From contig CP060760.1 in assembly GCA_023205875.1 (NCBI GenBank), positions 434,001-498,000 on the forward strand: DNA of 64,000 nucleotides, read 5' to 3'. Every line of letters begins with the position of its first letter. Position 1 is the stretch's first letter. Shown here in pieces: positions 1 to 10,096 of the stretch. The stretch is from Chloropicon primus (lineage: Eukaryota). The notes below the pieces were generated by a model. The model searched no databases. It was given only the letters and a program-made list of their open reading frames with translations, and had not been told where the DNA came from. Both the position numbers and the translations under genes were made by a program.

Positions 1-63
1 GATGTACGTGTTTTCATACTGGACTTCGTCCTCGTGGTCGCCGAACTCGCCTTCGTACGTCAT
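1..63 (-). CDS. Partial (5' end only) probable Tctex-family dynein light chain (Tctex2b/TCTEX1D2-like)
   Basis: Reading from ATG at 63 on the minus strand gives MTYEGEFGDHEDEVQYENTYI, which runs off the window. ENTYI is the typical N-terminal motif of Tctex2b-type light chains. Only 21 codons are visible. Confidence 0.45.
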   Translation of the reverse strand, partial: MTYEGEFGDHEDEVQYENTYI

Positions 64-631
64 CCTTCTTCAACCTCAACTCAACTCGCTGCCAAGGGAC
101 AACCCACCAACAACAAAGTGCAAGAGACCTCCAGGAGTCAGTACCCAATACCTTCGACCAGGGGGTCAAACGAAAGAGAAAGAGACGAACTTTCCGAATG
201 CCCGACCTCCAGGTGCCAACTTTTTCGAAACCTGAACGCAATCCGTCGCCAAACTCACCTCTCTCTCTCACTCCACTCCCGAACAATGTTTCGTCAATCT
301 ACAGCTGCTTGGAAGTCAAACGTTCTGTAACCCGTGTATCGAGCGTCACCCAAGTGTACCGTACACCTATCCTTACATTCTTCATATAACATTCCTTCTA
401 TGCATTGTATCTACACGAGTGTGACGTCGTTCATGGAATGTCATTTTGTTCGTTTGGGTGTACGAGGAGTGGAATGAAAGTTCATTCTTGGCGGCTGTAG
501 AAACCCTTTGTTAACCCTGGTTGGCGGCGCAAAAAAGAACAAAACACGAAAGAGGAAGAGAGAGAGAGAGAGAGAGCGACTAGTCGACAGAGTGACGGTG
601 CGGCGACGGTGATCGATCAAGCAACGCAACC

Positions 632-1521
632 ATGCCGAAGATAGCATACTACAGGAACTGTAAGTCACGAAGAGAAGGAGAAGGAGGAAGAAGCGGGCGG
701 CGTCGGCGGTTTCTTTTCATTCGTTCTTTTTTTCCAGGCCTCACGAACTCCCCGACGAAAGGTTCTTGTTTCCGAAAAGAACCTCCCTCTCTCTCTCTCT
801 CTCGTCCTTCTCTCTGGGATGGGATGGGAGGAGGGCGTGGACGTCGTTGTTGGTCCTGGGACAGAGCTTTGTGTCTCGTCTCGTGTTGCGTTTTGCTGAC
901 TCTTGTTTCTTTTTTTTCGTCTTCGTTTCTCTGGTTGGGTTTTCTCTCTTGCTCATTCGCGTTCTCATCACAGATGGCAAGACCTTCAAGAAGCCAAGGC
1001 GTCCTTTTGAGAAGGAGCGCTTGGACTCGGAGTTGAAGATTGTCGGAGAGTACGGACTCCGTAACAAGCGTGAGCTCTGGAGGATTCAGATGGTTTTGTC
1101 CAAGTTGAGAAAGACGGCCAGAGAGCTTCTTACTCTTCCCGACGACGATCCAAAGAGGATTTTCGACTCCAACGCCCTCATGAGGCGTATGTACAAGTAC
1201 GGATTCCTGGATGAGACTCAGACCAAGCTTGATTACGTTCTTGCTTTGACTGCCCAGGACGTCCTCGAGAGGCGTTTGCAGACTCTTGTCTTTAAGTTGG
1301 GTTTGGCCAAGAGCATCCACCACGCTCGCGTCTTGATCAAGCAGAGGCACATCAGGGTCGGAAAGCAGATCGTCAACGTCCCTAGCTTCCTCGTCAGGGT
1401 TGACTCTCAGAAGCACATCGACTTCTCCTTGAAGTCGCCATTCGGAGGCGGAAGACCAGGTAGACTGAAGAGAAGAAACCAGAACAACGCCGCCGGAGAC
1501 GAGGAGGAGGAAGAGGATTAA
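632..1521 (+). CDS. RPS9: 40S ribosomal protein S9 (uS4), 2 exons (632-659, 974-1521)
   Basis: A GTAAGT...CACAG intron at 660-973 joins MPKIAYYRN to [19 protein letters not shown]4 motifs [11 protein letters not shown] and [16 protein letters not shown] are present. Confidence 0.98.
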
Positions 1522-2156
1522 GCTTTATGACTTCTTCTTAATAAATAGAAACTGTATTATTTCGAACTCGAAGAACTCAACGCGCTTGTCTTCCTCGCTT
1601 CTCCACCCACGCCCGCCCCCGGGAAGGGAAGCCCCGCGTCTTGCGCGTCGTCATTCCCCCACCACCTCCGCCTGCACCTTTACCTGCACCTTTCCCGTTG
1701 CATCACGAGGAAGGGCAGGGCGGCACCAATGCATCGGGGTGGTCCGTGCCTAGCCTTGTGTGGTGGGCCAGCGGCTCCCTGGACCTCCTCCCCCTCCCTC
1801 TTGGCCGATACCAAAGTCCAAGGGCATTCATCCCACGGACAAGAACCAACCGCCAAGTCGTCAGCCAGCCACTAGAACTGGCACAAGAGAGCGAGTGTGT
1901 GCGTGTGTGCGCGTGCTTGCGAGAGAACGAGGCACGCGCGCATGAACTTTCATGTCCCTCTCCTCATCAGGCTCTCCCCCTGAGCCTTCATCTCACAAAC
2001 TGTGGAGGATCATTTCGAAAAAATCGAGCCAAGATGGCCGTTAGGTGAGCTGAGCCAGACAGAGACAGAGGGACACGAGTCGTCCACTGCGTCTGCTGAA
2101 GGGAGCAAGGTTTGGCCTTGGCTTGGTCCGTAGCCTCGAAGAAGCAAAGCATCGTG

Positions 2157-4181
2157 ATGGAGTCTCCCCCGGAGTGGATACACTCCGTCCTCAAGCACGG
2201 AGACCTCAAGACGTGCCTGAACTTGGCCACGGTTTCCAAGATGTATCACCAGGAACTCACCACGAGTTGCTCGTGGTGGAAGGTGGCTTGCGTCAAGTTT
2301 GCGGAAGAGAAGAAGCTTTACCTTGACCTGGACCACTTCGAGTCCGGCTCCCCGAGTCTGGACGACTGGAAGGACTTGTTTGCCGAGCTCCGTTCCATGA
2401 GGTTTCAGTTCTGTCCCTCGGAGAAGGATGCACCAGCACAGGGAAGGGATGCTTCTTGTTGTGAGGAGGAGGACTCCCGCAACAGGACTTTCTCGATTGC
2501 GGTCTCCGTTCGGTTCAGGCCTCCTGTCAGAGTTAGGGGGCCCGTAGTCGAGGGCGACAAGGAGCAGAGCGACGCGAGCCAGCGCAAGGTTGTGATACCG
2601 CTTCACCAACGGCTGCCTTTGATCAAGGCCAAGTACGGCATGAACTTGTCCAACAGCGAAGCCATGAAGAAGATCATGATGATTCAGCACGGGAAGGACG
2701 CCGTCGCTGACCCTTGGTCCAGTGCCTTCATCCAGGAGGATGACGTGACCCAGAAAGAGAACCGAACGCAGCAATCCGAGAAGACGCTGGCGACGACGGC
2801 GACCGCGGTGAACCCCGACCAGGGACCCACAGCAGGAATCGTCGCCGTGAAGGAGAAGGAAGCGACCGTGCTCGGCGTTGTTCCGGGCTCCGGCCTCAGG
2901 GATTTCAAATTCGACCGTGTCTTCGACTCCGGATCCTCCCAAGATGCCGTTCACCTGAACTCGTCGAGGCGCGTCGTCATGGACTTCATCAACGGCTTCA
3001 ACGGCACCGTCATGGTGTACGGCCAGACCGGCAGCGGCAAGACGTACACGATGTTCGGCAATCAGAAGTTCGAGGAGACTTTCGAGGGGTCCGACGAGGA
3101 TGCAGTGGAAGGCATCGCGCAGAAGACGGCCAAGGAGGTCCTCAAGGCATTGGGAGACCGGGAGGACTGTCACGGCATAGGCTGGAGGCTGGGCGTGACC
3201 TACGTGGAGGTCTACGGCCAGGAGGTGTACGACCTTCTCAAGGGGGGGGAGATCGTGGGCCAGTCCAGGGTTGCTGGCCAGAGGTACGTCCTCGATGGCC
3301 AGACCGAATGGCCCGTGTCGACCTGGCCTGAAATCTCGGACTACCTCAAGGAGGGAGACGCCCAGAAGAGGAAGGCGTGCACAGCGATGAACGAGCGGTC
3401 CTCGAGGGCTCATACCGTGTTCATCCTTTCCCTGACTCAGACGGTGGACGGGAGAAAGGTCCAGAGCAAGCTCATGCTGGTGGACCTGGGAGGCTCGGAG
3501 AAGCTCACCAAGTCCAAGGTCCACGAGAGCGTCAGGAGCGCCGGGACTGTGTCCTGGTCCCACTACTACGAGCAGAGGAAGCACCTCACGGAGGCCCTTT
3601 ACATCAATGCCGGACTGTACGCCCTCAAGGCCTGCATCGAGGCGCTCCACGAGAAGCAGAAGCAGGACCGGATGGCTTCGGAGGACCCCAGCTTCAAGAG
3701 GAGGCACATCTACGTCCCGTACCAAGACAGCAAGCTGACCATGCTCCTTTCGTCCTCCCTCGGGGGGAGCGCGAGGACGGTGATGATCGTCACGGCGAGC
3801 AAGGACCCTAGCAACGCCACCGAGACGTTCCAGTCCCTGCGGTTCGGGGAGCAATGCAGCAGCGTGGAGAACACGGCGTTGTGCATGTCGCGCGGCTCGG
3901 TGATCGACGCGATCAACGAGCTTGGCGTGAGGATCAAGGAGTGCGAGGCCCTCATCGAGAAGCACGAGAGGTGGGAGACCAAGAGGATCGTGAGGAAGGA
4001 CCTGGACGGGGACGAGATCGTCACCGTCACTGTTCCCGTGGGCGCGGAGATGTACAGGGAAGAGCTGGAGAGGCTCCTGAAGCGGAAGGACGCTCTCCTC
4101 GGAGTCGGAGCAGAGGAGGAGGAGGAGGCAACGGCGGAGGTTCCCCAGGTGAAGGCGGTGCCTTGCGTGGCGGTGGCCTGA
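2157..4181 (+). CDS. Kinesin motor-domain protein with N-terminal F-box-like motif
   Basis: VSVRFRPP, FKFDRVF, P-loop GQTGSGKT, switch I NERSSRAH, switch II DLGGSE, and VPYQDSKLT are present. The start is uncertain: a possible upstream mini-exon has ATG near 2034 followed by a GTGAGC donor. Confidence 0.9.
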   Translation: MESPPEWIHSVLKHGDLKTCLNLATVSKMYHQELTTSCSWWKVACVKFAEEKKLYLDLDHFESGSPSLDDWKDLFAELRSMRFQFCPSEKDAPAQGRDASCCEEEDSRNRTFSIAVSVRFRPPVRVRGPVVEGDKEQSDASQRKVVIPLHQRLPLIKAKYGMNLSNSEAMKKIMMIQHGKDAVADPWSSAFIQEDDVTQKENRTQQSEKTLATTATAVNPDQGPTAGIVAVKEKEATVLGVVPGSGLRDFKFDRVFDSGSSQDAVHLNSSRRVVMDFINGFNGTVMVYGQTGSGKTYTMFGNQKFEETFEGSDEDAVEGIAQKTAKEVLKALGDREDCHGIGWRLGVTYVEVYGQEVYDLLKGGEIVGQSRVAGQRYVLDGQTEWPVSTWPEISDYLKEGDAQKRKACTAMNERSSRAHTVFILSLTQTVDGRKVQSKLMLVDLGGSEKLTKSKVHESVRSAGTVSWSHYYEQRKHLTEALYINAGLYALKACIEALHEKQKQDRMASEDPSFKRRHIYVPYQDSKLTMLLSSSLGGSARTVMIVTASKDPSNATETFQSLRFGEQCSSVENTALCMSRGSVIDAINELGVRIKECEALIEKHERWETKRIVRKDLDGDEIVTVTVPVGAEMYREELERLLKRKDALLGVGAEEEEEATAEVPQVKAVPCVAVA

Positions 4182-4285
4182 CTTCCTTGTGTTTTCTATC
4201 TCTCTATCATTATGTGTTTTAGTCCATGTATCCAATAGGAGGCCAGACTTTTTGTGCCACCCGTGTTAGCGTTGGGGCTTGGGAC

Positions 4286-4930
4286 TCAGAGCAAGCCGTG
4301 CTCCCTCAGGTAGCCTGTCGTCAGGAGCGGGCTCGTCGCCCCGCCCCCACGGCGCTCGTCCACGACCTCGCACAGGGCGACCTCGTGGTCCCCGCAGTTC
4401 ACGAGGTCGGGGGACGTCGCCCTCAGCAAGAGCCCCCCCGCGCAGTCCCTCAGGGTGGGGATCCCGTGCCACTCCTCCACCTCCAAGCCGTGCTCCTCCC
4501 GCAGCTCCCTGATCTTGTCCACCCCCCTCCCGCTGGTCCTCCCCAGCAGATCCACCAGGCCCGCCTGGTTCCTGTTCAGCACCTGCAGCACCCCTCTGCC
4601 CCCGTTCGACCTGAAGTTCTCCCAGCTCAGAGTCCCTACGTAGAGGGACACGCAGTACACCCGCGGCGGCCCAATCGCCACGGCGCTGCAGTACGTCACG
4701 ATGTTCATCGTCGACGACGACGACGGCGAGGACGAGGACGAGGATGGCGTGGTGGCCAAGCTATACACCTGGGAGGAAACATCATCATAAAAGCACCTGG
4801 AGGTGACAGAGGCAGACCGCCTGGACGACGAGGACCGAAGAAGAGACGGTTGCCTCGAGGCCAAACGACTAGGTTCCATCGAACAAGATGTCGAAGACGC
4901 TTGGTACCCGGTCCCACGCATCATCGTCAT
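4286..4930 (-). CDS. Flavin reductase-like (FMN-binding split-barrel) protein with organelle transit peptide
   Basis: Ser/Arg-rich N-terminus, then VYSLAT...MNIVTY...VLQVL...LLGRTSGRGVDK...GDHEVALCEV, which fits the flavin-reductase-like fold (GDH motif). Confidence 0.7.
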   Translation of the reverse strand: MTMMRGTGYQASSTSCSMEPSRLASRQPSLLRSSSSRRSASVTSRCFYDDVSSQVYSLATTPSSSSSSPSSSSTMNIVTYCSAVAIGPPRVYCVSLYVGTLSWENFRSNGGRGVLQVLNRNQAGLVDLLGRTSGRGVDKIRELREEHGLEVEEWHGIPTLRDCAGGLLLRATSPDLVNCGDHEVALCEVVDERRGGGATSPLLTTGYLREHGLL

Positions 4931-5147
4931 CGTCCTCGCCGGTGCTTCTCCTTCTCCGCAGACCTCCAAACGCGAAGGAGTGAGTGCATGGATGGGATGG
5001 GATGGGATGAAAGCGAGATGAGAGATGAGAGATGATCTGATACAATGACACGAGAGAGTAAGAGTGAGTGAGAGAGAGAGGGGGGGGGGGGAGAGAGAGA
5101 GGAAACCGTCACCACCTCTCCTCTCCTTTCGCCTGATCGTCCTCGTG

Positions 5148-5218
5148 CACGTGTACCACGTGTATATCCTATTTATGAGTGTAATATGAGATATTCCGAG
5201 TGTACATTGAGATATTTT
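5148..5218. promoter_or_regulatory. Two G-boxes and two evening-element motifs upstream of TOC1/PRR
   Basis: CACGTG at 5148-5153 and 5157-5162. AGATATT at 5189-5195. AGATATTTT at 5210-5218 is the full evening element AAAATATCT on the minus strand. Confidence 0.6.
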
Positions 5219-5632
5219 TTTCCTCCTCACGTCTCTTTCTAAAAGTTCGTATCGAGTAGTTTTCTCTTGTTGTGCTCCTTGGCTCCTCAGCGTATCTGAT
5301 TTGGTCTACCTGGAACGAAAAAGCAGACGACGCACAGCCACGACGACGACGACAACCACGACGACGACGAGGACGACGAGGACCACGACGAGGACCACCA
5401 CCACCACGACGAGGACGAGGACCACGACGCTCCTCTTGTTGTGACTTGTTCTTTTTTTTTTTTTTTGGACAGAAGGAGAGGAGAAGAGAGAGAGAGACTT
5501 GGGGTTTTTTTTTTTTTTGGGGGGGGGGGTTGTTGTGGCTGCGAGTTCTGTGAGGTTTGTCCTTTCGCCGCGAACACCCATCGAGGTGGTCAGACTGCTC
5601 GTTTCGGTTTCGGTTTCGATTGGATAGACTTG

Positions 5633-7186
5633 ATGCCTCCTCCGAAGCAGGAGCAGGAGGCCGCGGGCGCCCAGGGCGGCGGGTCTTCTTCACCGCAGGA
5701 CAACTCCAACAATAGGCTGCTCTCTTGCATGTTCGCGGGGTCTTCGCTGGAGCCCAAGAACCTCAGGGTCCTGGTGTGCGACAGCGACAGCGACTCGTCG
5801 AATGAGATGTGCAACATCCTGCAGGACTGCTCGTACAACGTGGTGGCGGTGAAGACGAGCAAGCAGGCCCTAGAGCAGCTGGAGAAGGACGAGGGGAGGT
5901 TCGACATGATCCTCAAGGAGCACGACCCGCCGAAGAGCGACGCGTGCAGGATGCTGAGGAAGATCTGGAACCACAAGACGTACCGCAACATCCCGGTGGT
6001 CATCACCTCGAACAGGCACGAGAGCGGCGTGATCCAAAAGTGCCTGCAGCACGGGGCTGCGGACTACATGCTCAAGCCCCTGCGCCACAACGAGGCGAGG
6101 ACCCTGTGGATCAGGGTGTGGAACAGGCTCGTTGCCCTCAAGGGGCCCTCCCTGGTGGGGGCCAAGCAGGCCCAGGCCAACATCCAGCAGAACGGGCAGG
6201 CGGGCAACAACCAGCAGCAGGACGACGGCAGCGGCATGAGCACCCAGAGCGACGCCGACATGGACGGCGACTCTCAGGAGGGGAGCAACCCGAACGACGG
6301 CGAGGACAAGAAGAGGATCAACTCGGAGAACGGTGGCCAGGTGCGAGTGAACGACGAGCAGGACGAGCAGGACCGCGTCGTCGGCCCGGGGGTGCTCAGG
6401 GGCTTGGGGAAGGCCTCGGCCTTCCAGGCGTTCAGCAACCCGTGGCAGAGGAAGACGAGCAACGGGGACAGCAAGGAGGGGAACGGATACAGCAACGGCA
6501 AGAACGCCGCGAGCAACGTCGTTGGGCCCCAGCACGGGAACGGGAGCGGAGGAAACGGGAGCGGGGGGAACGGGAGCGGGGGGAACGGGAGCGGCGGAAG
6601 CGGCAACGGGAACGGGACCAACGGGGCCTCCTCGAGGATGATCATGCCGAAGGTCCACGCCCCCCCGGCTCCGCAGCCCCCGGCTCCGCACCAGTTCTTC
6701 CAGCAGGACAGCAACATGACCCTCACCCCCTTCGGGCCCATGCCCTCGCACCTGGCGCAGAGCGTCCTGTGGGGCATGGCCGCCCAGCAGGAGATGAACT
6801 ACCTCTTCGCGGCCACCGCGGCCGCCCAGCAGCAGCAGCAACAACAACCGAGCCAGCAACCGAGCCAGCAACCGAGCCAGCAGCCGGAGCCGAGCAAGAA
6901 GAGGAAGGCCGAGAGGGAGGAGGGCGGGAGCGACCAGAACGCCGAGAACAACGGGTCTGGGAAGACGAACTCTACCCAGACCGGCGCGAACGCGAGCGCC
7001 TCGGAGCAGACGAGCGCGGAGAGAAGGGCCGCTGCTTTGGACAAGTACAGGCAAAAGAGGAAGACCCTGTGCTTCTCCAAGAAGATTAGGTATGCGTCCA
7101 GGAAACAGCTCGCGGAGGCCAGGCCGAGGATCAAAGGACAGTTTGTGAAGACGAGCAGCGACACGAATAACAACAGCAGTGGGTGA
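5633..7186 (+). CDS. TOC1: Pseudo-response regulator (TOC1/PRR-type circadian clock protein)
   Basis: Receiver-like domain (LRVLVCD...FDMILKEHDPP with Glu at the phospho-Asp site...GAADYMLKPLR) plus C-terminal CCT domain RRAAALDKYRQKRKTLCFSKKIRYASRKQLAEARPRIKGQFVK. PRR family is firm; TOC1 orthology is inferred. Confidence 0.85.
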   Translation: MPPPKQEQEAAGAQGGGSSSPQDNSNNRLLSCMFAGSSLEPKNLRVLVCDSDSDSSNEMCNILQDCSYNVVAVKTSKQALEQLEKDEGRFDMILKEHDPPKSDACRMLRKIWNHKTYRNIPVVITSNRHESGVIQKCLQHGAADYMLKPLRHNEARTLWIRVWNRLVALKGPSLVGAKQAQANIQQNGQAGNNQQQDDGSGMSTQSDADMDGDSQEGSNPNDGEDKKRINSENGGQVRVNDEQDEQDRVVGPGVLRGLGKASAFQAFSNPWQRKTSNGDSKEGNGYSNGKNAASNVVGPQHGNGSGGNGSGGNGSGGNGSGGSGNGNGTNGASSRMIMPKVHAPPAPQPPAPHQFFQQDSNMTLTPFGPMPSHLAQSVLWGMAAQQEMNYLFAATAAAQQQQQQQPSQQPSQQPSQQPEPSKKRKAEREEGGSDQNAENNGSGKTNSTQTGANASASEQTSAERRAAALDKYRQKRKTLCFSKKIRYASRKQLAEARPRIKGQFVKTSSDTNNNSSG

Positions 7187-7460
7187 AGCGTGTGCAACAA
7201 TAGCATGACTCCACCACGACTGACTTATAATCTTTTAGAAAGTGTGTAGATCGATGGATAGATAGTATTACAGGCAGAAGATTGATTGATTGTACACGAT
7301 GCGTTGTTACTCTAGTTTACACCTGCGAGAGCGTGAATGAAGGCAAAGAAACCAAGAAGCTTCGTGTCAACCCTCGAACGAAAACCAATAGAGGATCTAT
7401 GTGGACCTCATATCATGCAGTGAACGGCATATGTGTGTGTGTGTGTGTGTGTGTTTGCGC

Positions 7461-7576
7461 TTGCTTTTGGGTTCAGTTCTGTGTTCAGCATTATTCCGTT
7501 CAACGAGTAGTTTCCTACCCTCATACAAGAGGTGTCAGAATTATTTTGCCTTAGAATCATCTCCACCCAAAAGCAA
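7461..7576 (-). ncRNA. Candidate box C/D snoRNA inside a putative minus-strand intron
   Basis: A perfect 12-bp terminal inverted repeat (7461-7472 / 7565-7576) abuts box C-like GAGATGA (7563-7557) and box D CTGA (7476-7473). Internal D' CTGA (7538-7535) and C'-like TGTATGA are also present. Confidence 0.5.
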
Positions 7577-8479
7577 TGCAATGCAATATTCACCCACCAA
7601 CAAGAAGAACAGCCAAGAAGAGGATCGAGCCGACGAGATGATGAGGAGAAAGAGAATGACAGAGCAGCAGCAGAAGCAGAAGCAGCAGCGCGAAGAGATC
7701 GCGGGGCTTCGAAGAGGCGGCCGCCTCGTCCGTCTTGTCCCCTTCCGACTCACCTCTAGGGTCAACCCCAGAGCCCCAGCCCCTGCTGAGACCTTCACGC
7801 GTCGAGCATGGTTCACTCCGGAGGCCAAATCCTTTGTGCGACACGCCAAACGAAAGACCGTGAGACGAAGATTCGTTCTGTGCAGGTTTCCCTCATTATT
7901 GCGGCGGTCCTCGACCTCAGCCTCGCGCCCAAACCGCACGGCCCCCCGCCCCAGGCGCCGCCAGGAAAATACTATTGAATTTCACACTCACACACGAATC
8001 GAAAAGTCTGCTGGCCACAGAATCGTTTTCTAGGCAATCAGAACGCGCGCGAACGTCGGAGAGAGGCTCCAGTGGTGTGTCGGTTGGCCAGCGGTTCGAG
8101 TGCGGTAGCCCAGGCGAATCCTTGTCGAATTCTCTTTCCATTGATACCTCGGTGGACTCATTTGGTGGCCGGAGTCCTCGCCTTTGTCGACGAGGAGGAG
8201 CATTCGGAGGAGAGAGACGGAGGGAGAGGGAGGGAGGGAGGAGGGTTTCGTAGGAGAGAGGGAGGGAAGGGGAACGAGGGAGTCAAATAGGGGGGATAAG
8301 CTTCTCGAGGTCTTTCTATTGATACCTTGGTTGAAGGATTTGGATTGGATTGGAGCACGAGACGACGAGGCCAAGGGCTGAGGTTGCTTCAGGCGGAGGC
8401 GGCCTTTGGACGAGAACAACAAGCTTGTCTCTGTCCCCAGTGCGAGATGCGAGGAGAGGAGGGGGCGAGGGGGCGAGGG

Positions 8480-9862
8480 ATGAGGGGTCTTCTGGTGAAG
8501 ACGACCGCTGTGCCGATCCTGGTCCTCCTCCTGACGCTCTCGTCCAGCGTGAGAGGAGGCAAGCTGCAGATGAGGAGGGACCTCGAAGTTGGACGAGTCG
8601 CGAGGAGTGGCTCGAAGCGGCCGATCATCATCGTGCCAGGCCTCGCTGCGTCCAAGGTGGAAGCGAGAGTGGATGACGAGTACGAGTTTCCGGCGGGATG
8701 CGAAGGAACCGCGGCTCCGGACGAGTGGCACCTCACCTGGATGGACCTCTCCAGCATCAGGAAGGTCGACTGCTTCGCTCACAAGTTGGGGCTTGTGTAC
8801 GAGGAGGCGGGGGAAACGAGCCAGGGAGGTTTTGGTCGTCTGAGGGGCGTGCTGACGAGAGTGTTCGGCGGCAAGGGGAGTGAAAAGGGGACAAGGGTCG
8901 CGAACCGGAAGGGAGTGGAGGTGAGGCCAAAGGAGTTTGGCGGACTGGGGGGAATCACCAACATGCTCTCGGCGTTCGGCACGACCTTTGCGGTGGACAA
9001 GATGACCTCGTTCGTGAGGGGGCTGCAGAGGCACGGCTGGGTCGAGGGGGAGACCTTGTTCGGCGCCCCCTTCGATTGGAGGTACGCGCCGACGGCGTCG
9101 TCCAAGGTCAGAGAAGACTTTAACAGGGATCTGACCGCGCTGGTGGAGGAGTGCTTCCGGAAGACTGGCTTGCCCGTCGTCCTCGTGTCTCACTCCTTGG
9201 GCGGTCTGATGACCACCAAGTTCCTGCTCTCCAAACCAGGATGGTGGAAGCAGAGATTCGTAGCAACCTTCATCCCAATGTCGGTGCCATGGGCGGGGGC
9301 CCAGAGATCGACCCAGGCAATCCTGATCGGCGACAACGGGAACGTTCCTTTCCTTCCAATGAACTACTTTGGCGGTCTTCAGAGGACTTGCACGTCGGGG
9401 CTTTGGCTCCTGCCCAGGAAAGCCTTTTGGGACGCAGACTACGTGATGGTGGAAACGCCAGAGAAGAATTACACGGGCTCCATGATGGGAGAGCTGTTGG
9501 AAGACTCGGGCTTGCCAGGGCAAGCCAGCATTTACAGGAAGGAGATACAGCAGTTGGACGGGTGGACAAACATGCGCAAGGGTGAGCTGGGCGTGAACAT
9601 GCTTTGCCTGATATCCACAAACGTGAGGACGATGTCAAGGCTGGTCACCCCCTCGCTGCTGGACCTGACAAGGGATCCCCTCACCGCGCCATATACTTTG
9701 GAGTACAGCATGGACGGGGACGGCATAGTGAACTCGAGAAGCATGAGAGTCTGCGAAAATTTCGCCGACGAGGTCTTGGAGTTCGAGGGGGTGGGGCACA
9801 GGGGAATCCTCTCGAGCAAGGAAGTCATCCGGACCGTGGCCAACGCCGCGACGGTCCAATAA
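8480..9862 (+). CDS. LCAT/group XV phospholipase A2-family acyltransferase, secreted
   Basis: Signal-like N-terminus, PIIIVPGLAASKVEA, GAPFDWR, nucleophile elbow VSHSLGG, DGDGIV (Asp), GVGHRGIL (His). Confidence 0.9.
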   Translation: MRGLLVKTTAVPILVLLLTLSSSVRGGKLQMRRDLEVGRVARSGSKRPIIIVPGLAASKVEARVDDEYEFPAGCEGTAAPDEWHLTWMDLSSIRKVDCFAHKLGLVYEEAGETSQGGFGRLRGVLTRVFGGKGSEKGTRVANRKGVEVRPKEFGGLGGITNMLSAFGTTFAVDKMTSFVRGLQRHGWVEGETLFGAPFDWRYAPTASSKVREDFNRDLTALVEECFRKTGLPVVLVSHSLGGLMTTKFLLSKPGWWKQRFVATFIPMSVPWAGAQRSTQAILIGDNGNVPFLPMNYFGGLQRTCTSGLWLLPRKAFWDADYVMVETPEKNYTGSMMGELLEDSGLPGQASIYRKEIQQLDGWTNMRKGELGVNMLCLISTNVRTMSRLVTPSLLDLTRDPLTAPYTLEYSMDGDGIVNSRSMRVCENFADEVLEFEGVGHRGILSSKEVIRTVANAATVQ

Positions 9863-10096
9863 CAACAACCAAACAAACCCAAACGAAACCTATTTTATGT
9901 ATCATTATTGTAATCCTTCCAGCAAAGTCTTCCACCACCTGACGGACTTGGGTAGAGAGGAGGCGGTCAAAGGGCAATCCTTTCCAGCAACCGAGCATTG
10001 CATCACCACCACCATCACCATCACTATCACCATCACCTCCCTCCCCCTTTCAGCAGAGGAGGAGCGTCAGTTTGGGCGAGGAGCTGGGCGCCCATC

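Noticed and set aside
2010..4235. 741-aa antisense ORF, and similar shadows over tubulin (21063-22472), WDR92 (23618-25372), ABCG (57276-59303) and the PH gene (37693-39213)
   Set aside because: Each lies exactly opposite a well-identified gene and lacks independent protein features.
7401..8253. Short ORFs between the PRR and LCAT genes
   Set aside because: They derive from microsatellites and lack codon bias and motifs. The region is better explained as a non-coding host transcript and promoter.
9998..10096. Poly-His N-terminus on the exosome subunit ORF
   Set aside because: It comes from a (CAT/CAC)n repeat upstream of the first ATG (10097) and starts at a non-ATG codon, so it is probably UTR.
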